Shown: piece after piece, positions 39,394 through 47,052 of the stretch
Position numbering within the stretch: the stretch's first letter is position 1
How the letters are laid out: every line of letters starts with the position of its first letter
NCBI GenBank assembly: GCA_002699085.1
Contig: PAAR01000009.1
Span: 7,725 to 71,724, forward strand
Direction of reading: 5' to 3'
Length of the DNA: 64,000 bases
Origin: Micavibrio sp.
Lineage (GTDB): Bacteria > Pseudomonadota > Alphaproteobacteria > Micavibrionales > UBA9664
Position numbers and translations under genes: made by a program
Notes under the pieces: model-generated
The model's input: the letters and a program-made list of their open reading frames with translations, nothing else
Told to the model about the DNA's origin: nothing
Database searches by the model: none

Positions 39394-41399
39394 ATGTCTA
39401 AATCTTCAACGCGATCTGCATTGTCTTGGATGAAGTTAAAACGTGCCTCGGCATTTTTACCCATGAGGTCTTCGACAAGCTGATCTACATCTACGGTTGT
39501 TTCCTCGCCAGCATCCTCAGAGAATACATTGGCGACCATTGTTGCATCTGGAAGTGTCACACGTAAAAGTGTGCGCAAACTCGGATCCATTGTTGTTTCT
39601 TTAAGCTGTTTAGCAGGCATTTCACCCAGACCTTTGAAACGAGAAACGTCAATCTTCTTTTTGCCTTTGAACGTTGTTTCCAAAAGTTCTTCACGGTGAA
39701 TATCGGTCATTGCATAGGCTGATACACCGCCAGATGAAAGTCGGTAAAGAGGTGGTTGTGCTAAATATAAATGCCCTTCGGTGATGAGAGGTCTCATTTG
39801 TGTATAGAAGAAGGTAATTAGAAGAGACGCAATATGCGCCCCGTCAACATCCGCATCGGTCATAATGATGATGCGCTCATAGCGAAGTTTTGCGATATTG
39901 AATTCTTTGCCTGAGCCGGTGCCCAGTGCTTGGATCAAATCTTGAATTTCTTGATTGGCACGGATTTTATCTTTTGTCGCACTAACGACATTCAGGATTT
40001 TACCACGAAGCGGCAGTATCGCTTGTGTCTTACGGTCACGTGCCTGTTTGGCGGAACCACCAGCTGAATCGCCTTCAACAATAAATAATTCGGTATCGTC
40101 GGCATCTGTTTGTGAACAATCGGCAAGTTTACCCGGTAAGCGTAAACGCTGGGTCGCAGACTTACGGCTCATGATGCGATCTTCACGTTTTGAGAGTCGT
40201 TCTTCCGCATTTTCTATGATTGATTGTAATAAAGCGGTGCTGGCTGCTGGATTGCTTGATAGCCATAGATCGAAATGATCTTTAATAGCGTTGTCAACAA
40301 GCTTGGTCGCAGAGGCGGTTGCTAGTTTTTCTTTTGTTTGGCCTTGGAATTGTGGATCACGAATAAAGACGGAAAGCAGTATAGCGCCATTTTGTAGCAT
40401 ATCATCGGCTGTGATGATTGAGGCTTTCTTTTCGCCAACCATTTCACCATATGCTTTTAGGCTTCTTAAGATAGCTGAGCGAAGACCAGATTCGTGAGAA
40501 CCACCTTGCGGTGTAGGGATGGTGTTACAGTATGAGCTGATAAAACCTTCCCCCGTTTCTGGCCATGTCATCGCAAATTCAACACGTCCTTCATCATTTG
40601 GAAAGGATAAGAAGCCAGAGCAAATTGAATCGGTCACTGTTTTACGATTACCAATAACAGAAGATAAATAATCGGCTAGACCATTCGGAAAGGAGAATTT
40701 GTCTTCAGCTAATATCTCACTGCCTTCTTCAATTAATGAAGGATCGCAATGCCAACGAATTTCTACACCTCTGTAAAGATAAGCTTTTGAGCGAGCGAGT
40801 TTATATAAACGCGCCGGTTTGAAAGCGAGTGTTTCACCAAAAATTTCAGGATCTGGGTGAAAACATACTTTTGTACCACGGCGATTGCTTGTAGACCCAA
40901 GTGATTGTAAATCAGTAGTGATTTTTCCTCGGCTATATTCTTGTTTGTATAATTGACTATCTCGAGCAACCTCAATCCACATCCAATCAGATAGGGCGTT
41001 CACAACAGAAATACCAACACCATGTAAACCGCCCGAGGTTGCATAAGCTTTACCAGAGAATTTACCACCAGAGTGTAGGGTGGTCATGATAACCTCAAGG
41101 GCTGATTTGCCTTTATATTTTGGGTGTTCATCGACAGGAATACCACGCCCATTGTCAGTGATCGTAAGCGAGCCATCGGCATTAACTGAGATATCAATCC
41201 AGCTAGCATGACCTGCGACGGCCTCATCCATAGAGTTGTCGAGGATTTCGGAGGCTAAATGATGGTAGGCACGTTCGTCTGTCCCACCGATATACATACC
41301 AGGTCTTTTGCGAACAGGTTCAAGGCCTTCGAGCACTTCAATTTGCGAAGCGTCATAATTGTCACTTATTTTTAATTTATTATTAAGCAGATCTGACAT
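39390..41399 (-). CDS. parE: DNA topoisomerase IV subunit B
   Basis: 669 aa from ATG 41399 (MSDLLNN...). GHKL ATPase, Toprim EGDSAGG and PLRGKILNV motifs. The short length (no GyrB-type insertion) favours ParE over GyrB. Confidence 0.85.
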   Translation of the reverse strand: MSDLLNNKLKISDNYDASQIEVLEGLEPVRKRPGMYIGGTDERAYHHLASEILDNSMDEAVAGHASWIDISVNADGSLTITDNGRGIPVDEHPKYKGKSALEVIMTTLHSGGKFSGKAYATSGGLHGVGISVVNALSDWMWIEVARDSQLYKQEYSRGKITTDLQSLGSTSNRRGTKVCFHPDPEIFGETLAFKPARLYKLARSKAYLYRGVEIRWHCDPSLIEEGSEILAEDKFSFPNGLADYLSSVIGNRKTVTDSICSGFLSFPNDEGRVEFAMTWPETGEGFISSYCNTIPTPQGGSHESGLRSAILRSLKAYGEMVGEKKASIITADDMLQNGAILLSVFIRDPQFQGQTKEKLATASATKLVDNAIKDHFDLWLSSNPAASTALLQSIIENAEERLSKREDRIMSRKSATQRLRLPGKLADCSQTDADDTELFIVEGDSAGGSAKQARDRKTQAILPLRGKILNVVSATKDKIRANQEIQDLIQALGTGSGKEFNIAKLRYERIIIMTDADVDGAHIASLLITFFYTQMRPLITEGHLYLAQPPLYRLSSGGVSAYAMTDIHREELLETTFKGKKKIDVSRFKGLGEMPAKQLKETTMDPSLRTLLRVTLPDATMVANVFSEDAGEETTVDVDQLVEDLMGKNAEARFNFIQDNADRVEDLDI

Positions 41400-41435
41400 A
41401 TGCTTAATACTATAAAGGAAGAACCAAAACACAAG

Positions 41436-42578
41436 ATGAAACATCTACTCATTCACAGCCTTATTATATTTTTCTGCTTTTTTACTACTGGTGTGGTCTT
41501 AGCAGAGGACTTAATTCCGATGCCAGTGCCTCAAAAGATGTCTGAAAAAGAATTTTTGGCAAAAACAGAGCCTGTGGATCGTGTTATAGAAGACGATAAA
41601 ACAGCAGAATTTAAAATGCGTATTCCGCCTGAATGGCAAGAATTAACAGAGAATGATCTTAAAAATCATCGTGGTCAGGGAAATAGATTATTAGGTGATA
41701 TTGCTTATTTTAGAGGGCCTTCTGAAGTAGGGGAGCGTTCCTATGTTTCTGTAGAAGGATTTGAACTCAATCATGAACTATATTTAGAACACTGGGTCGT
41801 TCAACACATTTTGCAAGCTAGCTATACATTGCGTTCTATGCGAAAGAATGATGATGGTTCAATCGAAACACTCTATGTTCTTTTTAAAGATAATAAAACA
41901 TATGTAGCCCGTACTAAAACAGTTATAAAAGGGCCACGCATTTTGCAGGTTAGCTATGTTATGCCTTATGATCGCTATGAAAAAGAGCGTGATATGCAGG
42001 CGTATATTATAAATGATTTTAGTTTTTCTAGAAAAGATACTACGCCCACAGAAAAGCTTAAAACCTACGCATATCTAGATCAGCGTAAATTTGAATATCC
42101 TGAATCACTCATAATTGGCGGTAGTGACAATGTATCAGAAGAAGAGTTGAAATTAGACTTTACACTTAAAGATATGGATGGTTTCCGTAAAGGCGCTTAT
42201 AACGTTGCGATCTATGCTAGAGAAGAGGGTGTTGATCTCAAAGAAAAGATACAAGGTTTGCTTGATTATTATCTGGAGAATCGTCTTGAACGTCGTGACC
42301 GTATAGAGGTTAAAGACTATCCTGTGGCTGATTTTATTACCTTTAAGAGTATCGAAGTTTATGGCATGTCGATCAAAACCACTGATTATGAAACAGCAGA
42401 GGATAAAAAAGAGCCTATCACACAAGAATTATGGATGGGTGTTCTAGCGGATGAAAAATATTACTATATATTTTCACTTGTTAGTCCGGCTCGTGATTTA
42501 GATATCTATAATTGGTCGCGTAACGCCCGTGCGTTTGAGCTTATGCTTACAACGCTTCGTGATGGGATGGCGTATTAA
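41436..42578 (+). CDS. Secreted protein of unknown function (380 aa)
   Basis: Start at ATG 41436 gives signal peptide MKHLLIHSLIIFFCFFTTGVVLA-ED. No family recognised. Divergent from parE. Confidence 0.6.
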   Translation: MKHLLIHSLIIFFCFFTTGVVLAEDLIPMPVPQKMSEKEFLAKTEPVDRVIEDDKTAEFKMRIPPEWQELTENDLKNHRGQGNRLLGDIAYFRGPSEVGERSYVSVEGFELNHELYLEHWVVQHILQASYTLRSMRKNDDGSIETLYVLFKDNKTYVARTKTVIKGPRILQVSYVMPYDRYEKERDMQAYIINDFSFSRKDTTPTEKLKTYAYLDQRKFEYPESLIIGGSDNVSEEELKLDFTLKDMDGFRKGAYNVAIYAREEGVDLKEKIQGLLDYYLENRLERRDRIEVKDYPVADFITFKSIEVYGMSIKTTDYETAEDKKEPITQELWMGVLADEKYYYIFSLVSPARDLDIYNWSRNARAFELMLTTLRDGMAY

Positions 42579-42769
42579 GGCTGCAGTGTCAAGCCCTGCT
42601 GCTTACTTGTATTCTTGCCAAAAAAACCGATAGCGATAGGTGCCAAGCCAAATATACATGTTAACGCAACACCTGCGATCATACTTCCCGTTTCTTGTGC
42701 GGTATTTATAACTGAGATACCAACCCCAGCAAAAGTTGTTCCGGCTGCAATGATAAAAGCACGCATCAT
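42575..42769 (-). CDS. Small two-TM membrane protein (64 aa), unknown function
   Basis: Two Gly/Ala-rich hydrophobic helices. GGAG-containing sequence just upstream. No family recognised. Confidence 0.45.
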   Translation of the reverse strand: MMRAFIIAAGTTFAGVGISVINTAQETGSMIAGVALTCIFGLAPIAIGFFGKNTSKQQGLTLQP

Positions 42770-42827
42770 GGTGTAATCTCCTTGTTAGGTAGAAGTTACA
42801 TTACGCTCATTTTAAAGTTATGTCAAA

Positions 42828-44261
42828 TTATACAGAATAGTATTTCTTAAACTCACCTGGTGTTGGGTGCATTTCCCATTCTTCAACATCTGCCATATGC
42901 ATGTTGATATAAGCATCGATCATATCATCAGAGAAGACATTACCTTTTGTAAGGAAGGCACGATCAGAATTTAAGCTTTCTAGGGCCTCACGCAAACTTC
43001 TAGCGACTGTTGGAATGCCTTCAGATTCAGCCAATTTGGGGTCTTCAAAGAAATCACGATCTTGTGCTTCACCAGGATGGATTTTGTTTTCAATACCATC
43101 AAGGCCAGCCATCATCATCGCAGCGAAAGCCAGATAAGGGTTGCAGGCTGGATCAGGGAAACGTGCTTCTACACGCTTGCCATTTGGCGATGTCGACATA
43201 GGAATACGACAGGCAACAGAGCGATTACGGGCAGAATAAGCCATGATAACAGGTGCTTCATAACCTGGCACGAGGCGCTTATAGCTGTTTGTTGTTGGGT
43301 TAGTGAAAGCATTTAATGCTTTGGCGTGTTTGATTAAGCCACCAATATAGAAAAGGCATTCATCCGATAGGCCAGCATATTTGTCTCCAGCAAAAAGTGG
43401 TTTTTTGTTTTTACGCAAGGATTGGTGCACATGCATGCCGCTACCATTGTCACCATATACTGGTTTCGGCATAAAGGTTGCTGTCATGCCGAAGCCGTGC
43501 GCTGTGTTATGCACGACATATTTGTATAATTGCACGTTATCGGCACATGGTACCAGTGTTGCGGCTTTTATACCAAGTTCACATTGGCTCGCTGCAACTT
43601 CATGGTGATGTTTTTCAACGTCTAGGCCGATGCTATCCATATCAGTAAGCATTTGGGCACGCAGATCGGTGAGCGAATCAATTGGCGGTACTGGGAAATA
43701 ACCACCTTTAACCGTTGGGCGGTGACCCATATTACCTTGTTCGTAGGTTTTTCCTGAGTTTGTTGGGTTTTCTTGGCTCTCTAATGTGTAAGAGCTTTCA
43801 AACATGTCGTCTTTAAAACGAACGTCATTGAAGACAAAGAATTCTGGTTCTGGGCCATAAAGAACTTCATCGGCGATACCTGTGTCTTTTAAGTATTGCT
43901 CAGCGGCTTTTGCAATTGAGCGTGGATCACGTTCGTAAGGCTCACCTGTGATGGGATCAAAAACATCGCAGAAAATGCAATGCGTTGGTTGTGCTGAATA
44001 AGGGTCAAGATATGTTTTTGTTAAATCTGGGCGTAAGTTCATGTCCGATTCATGGATGCTTTTCCATGCAATGATAGATGAGCCATCGAAAAAGAAACCA
44101 TCGGTTAAGAGATCTTCATCTACATTGCTAATATGATAGCTAATATGTTGGAGTTTACCTTTTAGGTCAGTGAAATTGAAGGTGACATACTCTAAACCCG
44201 CATCTTGCGTGTATTTTAAGAAGTCTTTTGCTGATTTAAATGAAGTATTTGTGCTCGCCAT
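42828..44261 (-). CDS. glnA: Glutamine synthetase type I
   Basis: 477 aa. DLKGK beta-grasp N-domain, GSGMHVHQS ATP region and a C-terminus ending KKYYSV. Confidence 0.96.
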   Translation of the reverse strand: MASTNTSFKSAKDFLKYTQDAGLEYVTFNFTDLKGKLQHISYHISNVDEDLLTDGFFFDGSSIIAWKSIHESDMNLRPDLTKTYLDPYSAQPTHCIFCDVFDPITGEPYERDPRSIAKAAEQYLKDTGIADEVLYGPEPEFFVFNDVRFKDDMFESSYTLESQENPTNSGKTYEQGNMGHRPTVKGGYFPVPPIDSLTDLRAQMLTDMDSIGLDVEKHHHEVAASQCELGIKAATLVPCADNVQLYKYVVHNTAHGFGMTATFMPKPVYGDNGSGMHVHQSLRKNKKPLFAGDKYAGLSDECLFYIGGLIKHAKALNAFTNPTTNSYKRLVPGYEAPVIMAYSARNRSVACRIPMSTSPNGKRVEARFPDPACNPYLAFAAMMMAGLDGIENKIHPGEAQDRDFFEDPKLAESEGIPTVARSLREALESLNSDRAFLTKGNVFSDDMIDAYINMHMADVEEWEMHPTPGEFKKYYSV

Positions 44262-44362
44262 ATGGGTCTCCCAGAAAAAAAGTTACTCTTTTTCTTAGCA
44301 GGTGCACAATAAATGATCAATTGGCTATAAAAATTTGTCCATAAGAATATGGAAGTAGGGGA

Positions 44363-44443
44363 TGGTGGGGCGACTGACGGGGTTCGAACCCGCGACAACT
44401 CGGACCACAACCGAGGGCTCTACCGCTGAGCTACAGTCGCCAC
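44363..44443 (-). tRNA. tRNA-His (GUG), CCA encoded
   Basis: The reverse complement GTGGCGACTGTAGCTCAGCGGTAGAGCCCTCGGTTGTGGTCCGAG...GGTTCGAACCCC...CCACCA folds as a cloverleaf. Anticodon loop TTGTGGT. The extra 5' G(-1) is diagnostic for tRNA-His. Confidence 0.93.
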
Positions 44444-44572
44444 AAAACTTCGTAGCAAGATCACTGATATGCCTCAACTTTTAATAAAGGTCAAGTTTTA
44501 AGAAAAACTTTGCGAAAATCTCTTGATATTTGTGTGCAATTCATGCTTATTAGCACGAAATGTTCCTAATGT

Positions 44573-44657
44573 GCGGGTGTGGCGGAATTGGTAGACGCAC
44601 CAGATTTAGGTTCTGGCGCCGCGAGGCGTGGGGGTTCGAGTCCCTTCACCCGCACCA
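44573..44657 (+). tRNA. tRNA-Leu (UAG), long variable arm, CCA encoded
   Basis: GCGGGTG...CACCCGC acceptor stem. Anticodon stem-loop CCAGA-TTTAGGT-TCTGG. Variable arm CGCCGCGAGGCG. T-arm GGGGGTTCGAGTCCC. Confidence 0.93.
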
Positions 44658-44688
44658 TAAATAATGAAACCATTGGATGAAAGAAAAA

Positions 44689-46140
44689 ATGAAAGTTACT
44701 GTAATTAAAGAAGAAGGTTTAATGCGCTCATATGAAGTGACTATCCCAGCAAATGACTTGGATGGCGCTTTGGAGACAAAATTGAAAGCAGAAGCGACAG
44801 ATATTTCTCTACCTGGTTTTCGTAAGGGTAAAGTACCGATGCAGGTTCTTAAACAGCGTTATAGCCGTATGGTTATGGGTGAAGTGATTGAGAATGCTGT
44901 TAACGGCACAAACCAAAAAATATTTAAAGACAAAGGCATAAAGCCAGCACTTCAACCAAAAATTGAAATTGCTAAGGATTATAATTTCGGCAAAGACCTT
45001 TCATACACTATGGAAGTTGAAGTATTGCCAGAGATTAAATTGATGGATGTATCAAAAATTAAACTGACACGCCTGAAAGCTGAACCAGCCGAAAAAGAAA
45101 TTAATGAAGCGATGAACCGCATTGCGAAACAACGTAAAGCGACTGCGCCTATTAAAACAGATCGTGCAACGAAAAAAGGTGATGTGCTTATTATCGATTT
45201 CGATGGCGAATCAGGTGGCGTGAAACATTCAGGTATGAGTGCAGAAGGTTTCTCTCTTGAGCTTGGTTCAGGCTCATTTATTCCAGGCTTTGAAGACCAG
45301 TTAATTGGTAAAAAAGCTGGTGATGAGGTAAATGTTGAGGTCACATTCCCTGAAAAATACGGTATGAAAGATTTAGCAGGTAAAGACGCAACGTTTAAAA
45401 CAAAAATCCATGAAATCCGTGAAACAGTAACACCAGAGATTAACGATGAATTTGCCAAGACACTTGGTTTAGACTCATTAGATGCTCTAAAAGAAGCTTT
45501 AAAAGAGCAAGCGCAAAAAGAATATGATGCTGTATCTCGTCAAAAAGTGAAAAAAGATCTTTTAGACATACTAGATGAAAATCATAAGTTTAAAGCACCG
45601 CAAGGTATGGTGGATATGGAGTTTGATTCGATTGCACATCAAATGCATCATCAAGATGGACATGACCATAACCATGAAGAAGGCCATGATTGCGCTGCTG
45701 CACTTTCTGTTGAAGAGAAAAAAGAAGTCGCTGAATTGGCGGATCGTCGCGTGCGTCTAGGTATTGTATTGGCTGAAATTGGTAATGCGCAGAAGATTGC
45801 GATTGCTGATGCGGATGTTCAACAAGCTGTAATTAAAGAAGCGCAAAAATATCCAGGTCAAGAAGCGCAAGTATTTGATTACTTCAAAAATAACCCACAA
45901 GCATTAGAGCAAATCAAAGCACCGATCTTTGAAGAGAAGACTGTTGATTATCTCCTTGAGACAGCGACGGTTACTGAGAAAAAAGTGACAATGGAAGAGC
46001 TTTTAAAAGATGATGATGCTGAAGAAGAGCAAGCTAAGGCTAAGAAAAAGGCGTCTGGCTCTGCAAAAGGTGCGATGAGCGGTGATAAAAAACCTGCTGC
46101 TAAAAAGGCTCCTGCGAAGAAAGCAGCCGCTAAAAAATAG
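44689..46140 (+). CDS. tig: Trigger factor (ribosome-associated PPIase chaperone)
   Basis: Start at the second ATG (MKVTVIKEEGL...) matches the usual TF N-terminus. GFRKGKVP ribosome-binding motif and an FKBP domain. An ATG at 44677 is possible. Confidence 0.93.
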   Translation: MKVTVIKEEGLMRSYEVTIPANDLDGALETKLKAEATDISLPGFRKGKVPMQVLKQRYSRMVMGEVIENAVNGTNQKIFKDKGIKPALQPKIEIAKDYNFGKDLSYTMEVEVLPEIKLMDVSKIKLTRLKAEPAEKEINEAMNRIAKQRKATAPIKTDRATKKGDVLIIDFDGESGGVKHSGMSAEGFSLELGSGSFIPGFEDQLIGKKAGDEVNVEVTFPEKYGMKDLAGKDATFKTKIHEIRETVTPEINDEFAKTLGLDSLDALKEALKEQAQKEYDAVSRQKVKKDLLDILDENHKFKAPQGMVDMEFDSIAHQMHHQDGHDHNHEEGHDCAAALSVEEKKEVAELADRRVRLGIVLAEIGNAQKIAIADADVQQAVIKEAQKYPGQEAQVFDYFKNNPQALEQIKAPIFEEKTVDYLLETATVTEKKVTMEELLKDDDAEEEQAKAKKKASGSAKGAMSGDKKPAAKKAPAKKAAAKK

Positions 46141-46167
46141 TAAGGCTTTTTTGTTGAGTAAAATAAT

Positions 46168-46198
46168 AAACCCTCGCTTCGGCGGGGGTTTTGTTTTT
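46168..46198 (+). terminator. Rho-independent terminator after tig
   Basis: aaaCCCTCGC-ttcg-GCGGGGGttttgttttt: a GC-rich stem with a TTCG tetraloop followed by a T-run. Confidence 0.8.
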
Positions 46199-46296
46199 GC
46201 CCTTGCCTTTAGCGTTTGAGCAAGCTAGCTTTTAGGTATGTGAGTCATGTAATCCAATATGGCCAAATTATTAAATAACAAAAGAAAAGAATAGCA

Positions 46297-46977
46297 ATGC
46301 GTGAAATAGATCCAATTGAACAATATCATAACACTTTAGTCCCAATGGTTGTTGAGCAAACAAACCGTGGTGAACGTTCTTACGATATTTACTCTATGTT
46401 GTTGAAAGAGCGCATTATCTTTTTAACAGGCGGTGTTGAAGATCAAGTGTCCAGCCTAATCTGTGCGCAGCTTTTATATTTAGAATCTCAAAACCCGAAT
46501 AAAGACATTTCTTTCTATATTAACTCGCCAGGAGGCGTTGTAACAGCTGCCTTTGCGATGTTGGATACAATGAATTATATTCGCTCACCTGTCTCAACAG
46601 TTTGTATTGGTCAAGCGGCCTCTGCTGGTTCATTGCTTTTGACATGCGGTGAGAAAGACAAACGTTTCTGTTTGAAAAATTCACGTGTTATGGTTCACCA
46701 GCCTTCTGGTGGAGCGCGTGGTATGGCGTCAGATATTGAGATTCAAGCAAAAGAAATCTTGAAATTGCGTGCATCATTAAATGATATCTATGTGAAGCAA
46801 ACAGGCCGTAAATTGGCTGAAATCGAAAAAGTAATGGATCGTGATACATTTATGTCTGCAGCGGAAGCGCAAAAGTTTGGGCTTGTAGACCATGTTGTTG
46901 AAACACGTGATGATTTGGCTGAAATCATGAAGAAACAAGCCGAAAAAGATAAAGAAAAAGAAAAGTCGAAGAAATAG
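46297..46977 (+). CDS. clpP: ATP-dependent Clp protease proteolytic subunit
   Basis: 226 aa. Ser-His-Asp triad context ([13 protein letters not shown]). Lys/Glu-rich C-terminal extension. Confidence 0.96.
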   Translation: MREIDPIEQYHNTLVPMVVEQTNRGERSYDIYSMLLKERIIFLTGGVEDQVSSLICAQLLYLESQNPNKDISFYINSPGGVVTAAFAMLDTMNYIRSPVSTVCIGQAASAGSLLLTCGEKDKRFCLKNSRVMVHQPSGGARGMASDIEIQAKEILKLRASLNDIYVKQTGRKLAEIEKVMDRDTFMSAAEAQKFGLVDHVVETRDDLAEIMKKQAEKDKEKEKSKK

Positions 46978-46993
46978 TCTCTATTTCTCTTTA

Positions 46994-47024
46994 TCCTTGA
47001 AATTCGCTGTGATCTTACCATTTT
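46994..47024 (+). promoter_or_regulatory. Candidate RpoH (sigma-32)-type heat-shock promoter of lon
   Basis: ccTTGAAa-(14 nt)-tACCATtT in the 75-nt clpP-lon gap resembles the CTTGAA-N13-15-CCCCATNT consensus. Confidence 0.35.
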
Positions 47025-47052
47025 ATTAAGATATCAATTTTAGGATACACAA

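Noticed and set aside
44444-44572. 129-nt spacer between divergent tRNA-His and tRNA-Leu, and the 154-nt lon-hup spacer (49474-49627), inspected for small ncRNAs or riboswitches.
   Set aside because: Only promoter-like AT-rich sequence and a weak A/T-flanked stem (aaaaagcg...cgcttttt at about 49480-49520) are visible. Nothing matches ncRNA families I can recognise by eye. This would need a covariance-model scan or RNA-seq.
46199-46296. Searched the region upstream of clpP for a heat-shock (RpoH) promoter comparable to the one proposed for lon.
   Set aside because: A CTTG element is present (cccttgcc), but no acceptable -10 (CCCCAT or CYTAT type) lies at the right spacing, so no call was made.
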